DNA of 64,000 nucleotides, from NCBI GenBank assembly GCA_010909165.1, contig MU008199.1:638248-702247 (forward strand), given 5' to 3'. Position numbers and translations under genes: made by a program. The notes below the pieces were generated by a model. It had not been told where the DNA came from, searched no databases, and was given only the letters and a program-made list of their open reading frames with translations. The stretch comes from Anthoceros angustus. Its lineage: Eukaryota > Plantae > Anthocerotophyta. Below, one piece after another: positions 50,710 to 62,930 of the stretch (the first letter of the stretch is position 1; each line of letters begins with the position of its first letter).

Positions 50710-53700
50710 CTCCCACTTGTTGATTATTGCATAGTGTCTGCCTCTTCTCCATGAGCACCTTGTGCTGTGAGCTTGAGCTTGAGTGTGTGTGTGTACGTTT
50801 GACAGTGCCATCACCCAACCGCGTAATGGAGCCTCTGTGAAGGCGGCCTGCAGGTGTGCCATAAGCATAATAGCTTGCCTTTACGTTCCGGTCTTCATTC
50901 TTTCACTTTCTAGGCGAGACCAAGCTCCTAGGCAAGATGTCTTCATCTTGAGTCATGGACTGTCCTCACCGCCAGCCGTGTCTACGGAGGGATGCTCTAG
51001 GTAGGTTTGCACCGCTAGAACGATCGCCTCCATCTCCCGATGAGGCAAAGGGAGTAACCACTCGCGTGCCGGTCTGGCGGGCCCGGGCCGCCCCTAGGGG
51101 CAGCAAAGGAACAACGCCGTGCTTGAGGAGCGGCGCCGGCAGCAGTGCAAGTGGAGCAAGAGCCCTGCAGGAAGACCGAGATGGGAGCTCCACCGCCTCG
51201 CCCCAGCTGTAAAGTGCTTATTTTCTCGAGCTTGTTGATGCCCTTGGTCGAGAAGGGTGAGTTCAAGTATGCATCTGGCGAGCCACATCCTCCTGCACCA
51301 CCCAAGTTCCCGAGCCTAAGAACGAGTCGTCGGAGACAAAATTGTTACCCTCGGTTGTGCTCGGTTGTGCTTATAGTGTGCTTGGTCACAGTCAAGATGG
51401 TGAGAGTCCGTGTCCAGGCTCTGGGCTTTGATGACCACATCATAAGCTTCTATAGTAAGTATTACTCTTCTGTTTGGGCGTAATCCTTTACGCCACATTT
51501 AGTTTGCCAATTTTCCTAAACCCCTGCAGTCTCGCCAAGATGAATTCACTACCTTTTCCTATCAGCTCCCACTCGCCCCTCGGGATCCGAGGAACGCGAC
51601 GAGGAGGAGGCCGGGCACCAAGGAGAGGATCTCCTACGAGGAGAGAAGAGAAGAAACTCCCTCGTTCGGTGGTGAGACATTCTCTACTTCATCGGACTAT
51701 GCATCTTGGGAGAAGATTTGAGACTCCTCTACGTGAGTAGGAGGTCCCTTTACAGAGTCTCTCTCCAAGCTATGATGATCCCGATGGCCCGTAATGATTG
51801 GGGCTGTTCCTAGCTCATAGGCTAGGTTAGGATTGGTTTTGCTTGGCCTCTGGGTAGCCCTCGTGGCTGCCCATGCCCAAACTTTTCATGTGCTGTGTGT
51901 GCGTCCCTACTCGGCTTTTGTGAACAAATCGCTGGATTGTCTGTTGGTACATACTCCGATTGTCGACTGATTTGATAAGATCCCTAATGAAGTGGTATTC
52001 CACTTCCACGTGCTTGTCGGGAGTGAAAAGGGTTCTTGGCCAGTTCATGGATCCTTGGTTGTCGGTTCTAATAGTGGTGCAAGTAGGGAGTGGCAATCCC
52101 AGCTCCTTAAACATTAGCTTGCACCAAGCTATTTCTTTAGCGCAGATGTGAGGACCCGATATTCATTGATCGGAAGTTGCTGCTGTTGGTTGCTTCTTGC
52201 TTGACCAGCATATGGGCCCTCCCACCATGACAACGTGCCGGAACCGACCTCCGTGTATCTATGTCACCATAATCGAGTCGATATATTCTCAAGTGGTGTG
52301 CGGTGTATGTGCGAATCGAATCCCAATGTTGGATGTTCCTTCAGATACCTAACCACCCTCTTAACACCAGTCGGCGTTTGACCGGGTTCTCGAGGTATTG
52401 CGAGAGCACACTTGTGGTGTAGGCTACATCGTCGTGTAGTGTTGGCGGCATAGATAAGTTTGCCAACTCCCTTTTTAGGGGACCGACCTCATGTCTTCTA
52501 TGTCCTTTTTGGTTTGGGACACATGGACTTGCTAAATTTCATCCGGATGGCGTTAGTCGCTGGTTGCATCCTTCAAAGGTACACATTCTAACGATCGGTA
52601 TGTGAGAGATATAGATCTGTTTTCTATCCTCCTCGAATAAGGATTCCAGCTCAAGTGCTCCAAGGTTAGTCATTTCAAACTTGGTAGATAGCAGCTTGTT
52701 AACTTTGGTGATGAATGTGGGCTATTGCAGGATAGAATCAAATCATCAACATACACTGCGAGATAGCACACAACGTCACGGATCTGTAAACATACGTCTC
52801 AAAACACATTTCACGAATCCAAGTGCACGCAGTTCTTCATCCAGGACAGCATTCCACTCTAATGCTGATTGCTTCAGGCCATAGAGGGTTTTTATTAGGC
52901 GCAAGACATGATCTTCCTTGCCTGTTACTTCGTATCCTGAGGGCTGCTGCATGTAGATTTCGGTGTCCAACTTGCCATGTAAAATGCGGTCTTTACATCA
53001 AACATGTCTAACTCGTAGTCTTGATGTGCTGCCAGGGCACAGATTGTGCGAAAGGTGGCCAGCTTCATCACAGGAGCATATGTTTCGAAGTAATCGAGAC
53101 CAGGCACTTGCGAAAAGCCACGAGCTACAAGTCGTGCTTTGTACCTATCAAAACTTCCATCAGCCTTTACCTTGATTTGAAGACCCACTTGCAAGACACC
53201 ACCTTACGTCCGAGGTAACTTAGCTAGTTCCATGTTCCATTTTGATCGAATCATATTCTAATTGAATTGCCTTTTCCACTCTGCGGTCGGCTAAGAGCTT
53301 CTTTAGGATTGAGGTTCGATAGGATCCAGTAGTGCATTAGCTGTTGGTTTTCTAAAGTCACTGGGTGATAACTGGTGCCCGCTTCTCTTGCGGATAACGG
53401 CTCGGTTGTGGTGGAGCGAGCAAGGGTTGAATCTCAGTTCAACCTCGCATCAAGAAGATGAGCATCTTGACCTCATCCTCGTCAATGTCCGGATCGGTCC
53501 GTGGATCGGTAAAAGGTCACCGTTCAGTTACGCAATCGGAGGTTCTCGCAAATGTTCAACAAAATTTTCTGGTTCATCTCCTTGCTCCTGAGCATCATTT
53601 TGCTGTTGTTCTTCCCCCCCTGCAGGAGCAATCTCCGCAAGAGCAGAATCATCGAAAACAGTGACGTCAGGCAAGGTAGAAAGATCAAAGTCCTCCTGTG

Positions 53701-55156
53701 TGGGAGTAGCTCCCACTTGCTGCCAAGTTCGACCTTCATCAAAGGTCACGCTCCGTGCATAGACCACCTTGTTAAGGTCGTCATACACTTATAAGCTTTT
53801 ATACCTTGATGTATCCTATCATGAGGTACTTCTTGGCCTTAGCTAACTTGGTTCTCTTGGCCTTAGGGATGAAAGCAAAAGCGATGCATCCGAAAGTGCG
53901 AAGATGTTGGATAGTCGCTTGCCCCAAAGCTTCAAAGGGGTCTCCAATCACGGCGGTTGTAGGCGATGCATACGTAGACACATGTCATAAGGGCTTCCAT
54001 GGGATAGTGGCAAAGAGGCTTGGTGAAGCATAGGAGACCATCTCCTGCGGTGTCAAGTTCAAGCGCTCGGCCATTACATTGCGGCGTATACACAAGCGTA
54101 AGTTGTCGCCTATCCCTTCGTCCTTGCGGTGAGTGGAATTCATTAGATGTGAATTCTCCACCATTGTCTCGAGCGTAGGACTTTCAGATTTTCCGTCCAT
54201 CTCTGCAAGTTTCATGTAGTCTTTGAACAGAAGCATTCACTTTTAGCTTTCAAGATGTAAGCCATGACAAATCTCGTCTTGTAAAATGCAGAGGAAGTAT
54301 CGGCCACCACCGATTGAGGGCTGCGAGAGTGGCCCACATATGTCGATGTGCACAAGTTCAAGCACTTAAGCTCGTGAGGAGTCTTGTTCTTGAAGGCTGA
54401 TGACGTTTGGACAGCACGCTTCACACGAGAGGTAAGGATGGCAACCGCCAATTTTACCATCAGCAGTCACTAGCTAGTTTTTGCAACTTTTGTGAGGGTG
54501 ACCTAAGCGTGCATGCCATAACCTAGCTTGTTCTTCTTGCTTTACTGTCTCAGCGACCTTGAAGCTAGGCTAGCCTTGGCATGATGGTGTGAGTGCGATC
54601 TAAAGAGATCATGGTCGGATGATCCATAGGCTAGGATTTTGCGATGATCAAAAGCATCTATAATATCCACATTCGGAGTGAAGAGGATGTGACTTTGATT
54701 ATCCATGTTCAACCTTCTAACAATCAAGTTTCTTGTCATTTCGGGCACATGATACATACATGGCAAGAGTGTGATGCCGAAGGACAGTAGCTGCAACACG
54801 CACGCAAGCCTACTATCGTCACCTAGGTAAACAAATCATTGTGAACTAACTGTGACGAATGAACTGTCGAAAGCAGATGTGCGTTGCACTGTATCAAGGA
54901 ACCACTCTGTATGGGTTTGCCTTGAGTATTTGCGACAAGCATGTGGGGTTAGCAAGAGGGTAGGAAAACTCCGGTCCCTACATGAGGCTGCGGTGCCTTG
55001 TTTAGTCACCACAACATGTGTCCGAGAAGTGGAGTTGCCCTCCTTGCGAGGTACTCGGGCTGCTTCTTTTTTCGACTCTCCCAATGGCCTGAATTTGGCA
55101 CCGTGGCACTTTCCAGCCTTCTTGGGCTTCTTGGTGTAGAGGCTCCTTGCGAGCTA

Positions 55157-55804
55157 CTAGCACCGAGGTATTTTGTCTACCTCAGTTGGGCTTCTTGCCC
55201 TTTCCTTTGTTGTTAGTGTACAAAGCTTGCTGCAGACGCGTTTGAATTGTCCTCTTGTGACTTCTTCAGAAGAGCTCCCACTAATTCGCAAATGTTGTTT
55301 TGGGAGATCAACACCGCACTGGGCAATCTTCCGCCCTTGTAGTTGCGAGGTGTTGAATGAGGTCACGAAATGTGCCCAAGATTCGTGGAGTGACATCATG
55401 AAATGCAGAATGAGAGCCTGGTCCTTCACACTATCCTGTGCAGCACTTTCAAACTTGGAGATTAGGGATCTGAAGGTAGTCAGGTGTTTTTCAATGGATT
55501 CTCCTTCTTTCATCTTCAAGTTTTGTATGTTGCGAAGTGCTGTCATTTGACTTGTGTCATCAGTTCCAGCAAATAGACTTTGGAGCCGCGTCCAAATATC
55601 GGCTGAGGTTTTGCAACCAGAGGTCTGTCTCAACATGTCAGTCGACAGACCACTCCGTAGGAGGAACTGTGCAGCTTCATCCTTTGTGGTCCAAGCATCA
55701 AGTGCCTTCTGTTCAGCAGCTGAGGGGGTGCCACTGATTACAGGAGCCTTTGACGTCCCATGAACCCAAGGCCACAACTGCTTGTTTTGAAGGGCACCAC
55801 GCAT
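55157..55804 (-). CDS. Copia 3 gag (UBN2-type) ORF
   Basis: LWPWVHGT...WTTKDEAAQFLL...SADIWTRLQSLF...LKMKEGESIEKHLTTFRSL...SLHESWAHFVTS. Confidence 0.85.
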   Translation of the reverse strand: MRGALQNKQLWPWVHGTSKAPVISGTPSAAEQKALDAWTTKDEAAQFLLRSGLSTDMLRQTSGCKTSADIWTRLQSLFAGTDDTSQMTALRNIQNLKMKEGESIEKHLTTFRSLISKFESAAQDSVKDQALILHFMMSLHESWAHFVTSFNTSQLQGRKIAQCGVDLPKQHLRISGSSSEEVTRGQFKRVCSKLCTLTTKERARSPTEVDKIPRC

Positions 55805-56924
55805 TCTAAGTACCCAGATGTCATAATCTGCCCCCGCGAATCTATCCTTCTCTTTGAATCCCTCCCGGCTAAATTAGAGTCACCCATGTTTAGGGGCCTG
55901 TTAGTCCCCTCACGTGAGGATTTTATGGATGAATTTCTAATGCACACCGGTGCAGCTAATGTGTGAGGATTCGAGAGAAGAGTTATGATGCTACACGTGC
56001 ATCAGGATGCTGCAATGTTTCTGGTAAGATGGGTTCGACGTTGGTCCACTCAAATTGACCAACTCCTATCTACCTTTTCCCTAATGTTGTGTTTCCTAAT
56101 CTCCCGATTAAAGGAATAGGTCATGCAGATGGACACGAGTTTGGATTCTCAAATTTGTGATGCTTGTTAGTTTTGTAGCATGCTTACAAAGTCCCTCCGA
56201 TTGCGAGGTTAGCAAGAAGAGCAGCCTCAACAAAGCAAGCAATTTGAAATCCAAGTGACCAATCGATCCAAAGAACGATTGTAAGTCCTCGAAGCAAGCA
56301 AGCTTTACTTATGTTTTCAAAACGTCTCTACATGTCATTGTTGTGATTCTAGTCTAGAACTTAAATGTGTGATCTTTGGTATGTGGTGGCGCGTTTGTGG
56401 TTAGGAAACCCGAGGATTGCTGTTACCAACAATGGCGGTTGCACATTTGGGAGATTGTGTGAGTCCTCGTGGAGGCGGGCGATGGTGAAGATCGTGAGAG
56501 TTCTTCTCACCGCTTCTCTTGCGCACCATGTTGTATTTGGCGATTGCCATCCAGCCGCATCTGCGTCCGAGGATCGGCCATTCATTTGGCGAATTCTTGT
56601 GTTTTGGAAAATTCCAAGAAACATATTGTAATTTTATATGATTTTATAAAGATATTTGCCACTTGGCGATCGTTCTAGTGTCGATGACATTGCTTTGCAA
56701 CAATGGCGATGATGCGCTAGAACGGCTCCTAGAAATGCAAAATTTCTATTAACAAATCAAGCAAAAATAGCTACAAAAGGTTTCTCAAACATTTTCTTGA
56801 TTTCTTATTAGAAACTAATTTCTAATCAAGAAACAAACACAAAGAACATTTTATGCACATCAACATGTGCACAATTTAATGTGCATTCTTGTGAATGCAA
56901 TGCACCTAGCATTGCTCGATACCA

Positions 56925-57166
56925 TTACGAAATATGGAAATGGTGCAAACCAATTGAGTCAATTACATTATTGTAGATACAAGAAAGCATTAGTAAATTG
57001 ATTGTAGCAACTAGACTTATTCTAGTAGCCAAGAGACATGACCTTTGGCCTAGGGACGTAACCCTAATGAAAGGGTAAGCTAAATAAATTCAAGCTATAT
57101 ACACACATACACTAGATAGCTAGATATAATAACTATAAGTAATAACTCAACACTCTATCTTCAATA
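56925..57166 (-). repeat. 5' LTR of copia 3
   Basis: Matches 50460-50709; follows the PBS remnant. Confidence 0.9.
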
Positions 57167-57171
57167 CAAAC

Positions 57172-59900
57172 CCCCGTGCTCAGCCCCAAACACCGAGACC
57201 TTAGGCCAACATTGCTTACATTTCATCAAGAGGCCGCCTTATACCCAAGATCACCAAAAAGTAGCTTGGCGCCAAAAATACCAATCGGCCTTAGCCTACC
57301 AATCCTAGAGGCCTATCTCTTAATCATCCACTATGAGGGAGGATAAGATTTTATACCATAACACATGGGCCTTTAGCTATTTCTGTGGCCACTTACCCCT
57401 ATTACCTCTCGGGCCTCCTAGGCCTCCTAGCCCCATGTTCTCCTCTTGCCTCTCCTCTCTTGGTTGGGCAATCTCCCAAAAATCTCCACCTCGTAGCTGG
57501 ACTCCTCTCTTGTAAGACAGCCATCCTCCTGAGCTCGGGATCCAGAGCCTCCAAGTTTCCATAGGTAGGATCCAAGTAAGGCATGGATCAAGTCCTCCAT
57601 GTGCCCACAACAACATAAACTTTCAGAGACAATCTTCTCCAGCCAAGGAGAATCTGGGCACATGGTTATCTTGATAAGCATCCTCAATCTAATGCACCAT
57701 TGGGAAGTTAGACTTCTTAGGCGGTGCTTACCCGCCCCCGGCCTGCTTGTCCTCCTCTTGTTGCCCCTTCTTCCTTGTTGTAGCTCGGTCTTGGAGCTGT
57801 TGTTGCTCCCCAGTGGAGTTGTTGCTTCCTTAGCAACGGCTTCTTTGCTTGCTTAGCAACCTCCTCGGTGCTAACTCGAATGATTCTTCCATGGAGGCTC
57901 CGCATCTTCCACGGTGGCTCTCCTTGCAATCCCGGCCCTCTTGGCCTCTTCCATTTTCCTTGCCTCGTCCTCTCCTTGTAGCGCCCGAGGCATCCGAGGC
58001 TGAACTTGCATCCGAGATGACATTCTGCAGCCTCCTATGGTGCTTGCGTCCGAGAGCTGAACCATGAGGGTTTCGGTCCTTGGTCTTCCGCAACTCCTCT
58101 CGGATCTTCCCTATTTCCACTTCCAAGCTACCTAGGCGTCCCTCCAAGACCTCCTTCTCCTTCTTCATCTCCTGGAGCTCCTTTACCGCCTCCTGTTGTT
58201 CCCCACCGCCTGTAGAACAAGAGAGGACCAGAGCTATCTGGTCCTCCATCTCACCCCTAGTGCGTGCAGCCGAGACCACTCTAGGGTGATGTTAGGCCCC
58301 AAACCTCAGGGATGGGTTCCCTCCTTCCTATCTGTCGAATCGACTCCCCCGCCACCACTTCCGGTATACTTGAGGGTCACCTTGAGCAGTAGTGACTTTC
58401 GGATCGCCTCGGCCGTGCCCAAGGGGTTGGGCCTCCTGACTGTGGTTTCCCCGCCACGGCCCTCTGGAAGTGCTGCCTCGGCCTTTCCTTTGTCCCGCTT
58501 ACATCCCGTGAGTTCCCGGCGTGCTCTTGTGGCTCTAGGAGTGGTTGGAGTCCCCTGTTGCTCCCCGACCTCTTGGTGCTGTCTTAGCAACTCCAGTTGC
58601 TTTGTTAGCAACCGCGGCTACCTTAGCAACCGCCACATTCCTCTTCATGGACACTTGGACTTCTCATTCACTCCGCACGGAGATGGCCTCTTCCTCCGAC
58701 TCCTCTTTGGGCTTCCTTCTTTCAAACACCGGCCTCCGGCATGGAAGGTGAGACCATCTCTATCCCTCCAAAGAACTTGGCATGGTCAAAACGTGGATTA
58801 AGAAGGGAGATAGAGCTGAGGGCTGGTGATGGTAGGGTCAAGTGGTCCCTCTCCTCACCTTGTGTCATAGAACATCCTGGCCCAATCTATCTTGGACCCT
58901 CTCACCACCTCATAGAAAGACAAGAAAATGGTCGACAATGTGCTCTAGCTTCTTAGTGTGAGAGCGGGATCACTGGCTAATCCGGCCAGCTCGGTCTACT
59001 TGTTGGTGACCCAGCCATTCTCCACCCTAGACAATGTGGGAGCAATGGCGACTCCTCCGACTTTTGAGATGGCTTCTGAAAGGATCAATGATTATTCCAC
59101 ATTCCTCTTGGCCTCTCATGACTGGAACAATGAATATTCCAGTGCGGGGTTGGTTCTCGTGTTGCCTTCCCTGGCCTTCTCCCTCATGTACTGCACACTC
59201 CCAAACCAGCAGGCTGTAGCACCACTTTTGTCCATGAAGGACGGTGATGTAGCCACCAAGAACCCCGCCTTCACTCCGATTGCCCCATGTTGGGCCATTG
59301 GGCGATAATGGCCTCATGGCCACCGGAGTGTCTTCTTAGGCCATGCTTCACGACTGTGGCTCGAGTTTACAGAAGAGTCCCGGCTATCGCGATGCACCAC
59401 CACTGGCACCACTTCACCACAAGCCTTACTGTCCTCTTGTTGGAGTATCGGCCTCTCGGGCCGACTTCATCAATTTCCGCTCGCCACCTGGTGGAGAATC
59501 TCCCTATGGAGTAACTGCTGCTCGGCTTCTCGTACCCAACCCCACGGTGGCAGGAGTGCCCTGGAATCCTGCAATTTCACTCATTCATCAAAGTTAACTC
59601 GTGGTCTTGCCCGTCGGCTTGGCACCCCTCTGTCCTTACAACTTGGAAAGCACGTCAGATCTCCCTCAAGTCCTGAATTTGTTCAACCTGCAGTCATAAT
59701 CTCCCAGTCTGTTTTTTTATGTCCGACTTGACACCGGCACCACACAGAATTGGGACCTGTTTCTAATCCTCGACATCAACATGCACGCCTCTCCGCTCGG
59801 GCCCAGGTTTACGCCTTCGGCCTACCTCAGTTGTGTGAGGCCTGGAGGGTGTATCCTGCAGGGGTTAGACAGTGACCCCTGGTGCGCTTCGTCTCAGCCC
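57172..59900 (-). other. Unassigned frameshifted coding-like region, likely the upstream part of the Sola1-like element
   Basis: Coiled-coil-like ORF 57830-58279 (ELQEMKKEKEVLEGRLGSLEVEIGKIREELRK) and neighbours. It is contiguous with 50455 across the copia 3 TSD. Confidence 0.35.
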
Positions 59901-59904
59901 TTAT

Positions 59905-62900
59905 TGTTAAGTTTAGTAAGGTTACATAACCCTAGCCAATAGTCGGTGAGTTAGGCTAACCTAGCTCGTTAAGCGAGCGATCTGACCCTACGAAGGTGCG
60001 GGTCCCCCTAGGGCCCCTAACCTATGATTTTCTAATCTTTTCTAATTCATGCTTCCGCTATTTTCATACATTAGGAAAGTTCACATGGTATCGAGCCAGG
60101 CTCCACTAAGGCTGCGTAGGAAGGCGCCATGGGTGGCCCATGGCCCTACCCTCCTTGTTATTTCTTTCTCTCACTCGGATTAGTCGCGAGGATTAGTCCT
60201 CTTGTTGCGGGGAGGAGAAGGAAAAAAAAACTAGTATCCTATGTCTCTAGGATAGGTAGCTTTGTTTTTCCCTTTCCCAAAGACCGCACCATCAAGAAAA
60301 AACAACAACAACAAAAAATCAGATGCACCGTCCCCACTCGTACTAATCCATACTAGGCGCTCATAGCGGAGTTTCGATGGGAGCCTCGCCACCGCCCCTC
60401 ACCTCCACTTGAGAGCAATTGCTTTAGTTTTCATATATCTAGCGACATGCGTGCATGGGCTTAAAAAAAAAAATTGTTCATTTCTTCTTTTGTTCCTCGC
60501 CGCTTCCGCCGATTGACCCCAACACGCGAGCGAGGAGGGCCTCATCACGGATCTGCAATAGGCCCTGAGGCCGACCAGAGGGGGCGCCGATCCGTGACTT
60601 CTAAGAATCGGGAGAAGACGCGCGAGCACGACCCCCGAATTCACTAGGAGAACCGCTTTCTCCTCCAAAGATCTTTGGAGGCAATCCAACAATTGCAAGC
60701 AAGCACCGGGCGGAGGCGCCAAGATCGATCCTCCGCCTCGCCACGGATGGAGGAATTCCCACCCTCAACCCGAGAGGAGCAGCGGCACGCCAGATCCGAC
60801 CCGCTGAGTTCGGCGGGGCGCCTCCTCATCCAGACCGAACTGACGGGCGCAGCGGGTGGATCTCCCGGACGAGACACGCCCACTCGCATCCCAACGGCGA
60901 GAGAAGGAGCACGGGATCGCGCCGTGGATCGCAATCCGGGAGCGCCATGTGGATCGCAATCCGCCCCAATCTTGGGATTGGGTGTGCAGCTCAGATTGAG
61001 GAGGGCGCGATCCCCACTGTGCAAGGCGAGACGTTCGCTGTGGGAGTGTGCAGAGCGGCACGAACGGAGGCCCCGAGCGCCGCGAGGCCGCGAGCCCCGA
61101 GAACCGCGTGGACGCGGCCGAGGCACGGCGCCAGCGCGCCAAGACCGAGGGGGCGCGCCCGGCGGGGCGCCTGCTCGTGCCCGGAGGCCGACCGAACTGC
61201 GCCCTGCACCGAAGCGGCAGTTTCACCCGCCCCTTATCTTTTATTCTTCCGCAAAACTCAGACGGACGCGCCAACAGAGATCGAACCCGCGACCACCGGC
61301 GGAAGCACCAACCACTACACCAATTCAGAAATGAAGGTGTTCCGATAGTTAAATGGTTTTGGTAGAAGTATAAAGGCAAACACCAGGGGATATCTGCAAT
61401 TCAATAACAATTGATTTCATGTGGAGGGATGCACAGCAGAGCTCCTATCCAAACTGGGAGTTAAGCACCCTAGTGCTCGATTAGGGCCAAGACGGGAACC
61501 TTCGTCAAGAAAAGAAGAAGAAGAAATAAAGGAAGAAAAGAGGAAGCAAGCATGAGCTAAAAGGAGAAGAAGGGAGGGAGAAACCAACAAAAGAAGAAGA
61601 AAAGAAGACACAACAAGGGAGAACTCTCAGAAGAAATCAAGAGTAAGCCGAGAGGGATACTCACTTCCTCCGAGATATCCTGTGGGCACTTATGGAGGAT
61701 GGACCCTTGAGCTCGTGTAACCATGATGGCGTGAGGTGGGCACTCTAGGCTATTACACCGCCCGCGACGAGCTCATGGATCCGTCCACCGTCGCGCCAAC
61801 AGGAGCCGGAGCGAGCCAAGATCGCCTAGGCCCGCTCTTTATGACCACAAGTTACAACTCCCTTGTGGACCAGCCGATCCAGTAGCTTGAGCTCACTCTC
61901 TTTGAACACGCCAACGAGGATGGCCAGCAGGACTCGACTTTCGGTGCCATACCCATCTTCACCGACCACATCAAGGAGAAAGACCGTTCAACGCAAGATT
62001 ATCCAAGATGGCGAGTCCGGATGAAGTCGACCTCATCTCGCGGCGCTTGAAGATAGTTGACCAGCCACCCAAAGCGACCCCACTACAACTCCTCCTCTCC
62101 GCAGCAGAGCATCGAGAAGTGGAATACGAATGGAATTGCAGTGGCACTCGATCGGATTGACTCAAGCCTGTGCCCGTGGAGTTCCTTACGGAGGCTTCGC
62201 CATCCGGGACCAGCTATCAAACACGCATAACGCTAACAATGTTCTAACCTTGTACAAGGCGACATGTGAATTCAACGCCTCAAGATGAAGGAGCCGACAC
62301 GGTGGCGGCTCACACATCTAAGTTCCTATGAGGGCTAGCCTCTCTCGGCTCAACGATGACCGAGGCTGACGCCGCCGCTCAACTCCTAATGAGTCTCCCG
62401 GATTCTTACCATCATTTCGTCACCAGCCTGATGCTGATGGCGACCCGCGGCACCACCGGCTCAACCTCCTCTCCGAGCTGGAGGACATCATCGGCCCAGA
62501 CGTTAGGAGGCCACCCGCCCGCCTCGCAGAGGGTCCAAGCCCGATGCAGACAGAGCGCTTCCACCCGCTTGCCCGGAGGAATTCGAAGGGCAAGGCGAAT
62601 TTCACCCCTAAAGGTGACTCAACCTCTGCGCCTCCTCGCCGAGCCGGGAACTGCAATTGGTGCGGAGCTGCCGGCCATTGGGCACGAGAGTGCCGCAAGA
62701 AAGAGGCCGGAGAGCCGCAGAACGCCGACCTGCGTCAGGCAGCCAGCGTTGCAGTTTGAGGGAACGCCAACACAGTGAAGGCAAGGACCGTGAAGATACT
62801 TGCGGTTTGCCTCAACACCCAGGTGCATTAGGATGCGGGGTGGTACCTGAACAGTGGAGCCATCGCCCACATATGCAACCCATCATACTCTATTCACCAA

Positions 62901-62930
62901 GCCGACACTGTGACCAAGGAGAGAGTGTTA
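59905..62930 (+). mobile_element. Ty1/copia element 4, 5' part (LTR, PBS, long leader, gag, protease), interrupted by CACTA 2
   Basis: Candidate LTR TGTTAAG...GTTCACA at 59905-60085 and PBS TGGTATCGAGCC at 60086-60097. gag LLMSLPDSYHHFVTSL, knuckle CNWCGAAGHWAREC and protease WYLNSGAIAHIC. Confidence 0.88.

Larger units (their letters stand above)
50460..57166 (-). mobile_element. Ty1/copia LTR retrotransposon 3, full length with both LTRs
   Basis: LTRs at 50460-50709 and ~56925-57166. TSD CAAAC at 50455-50459 and 57167-57171. PBS remnant GCTCGATACCA at 56914-56924 and PPT CTCCCACTT at 50710-50718. gag ORF 55157-55804, integrase (HLRTFGCIAFAFIPK), RT (YKARLVARGFSQVPGLDY, LYGLKQSALEWN) and RNase H (TDNQG, KHVEVEYHFIRD). 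Confidence 0.95.
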
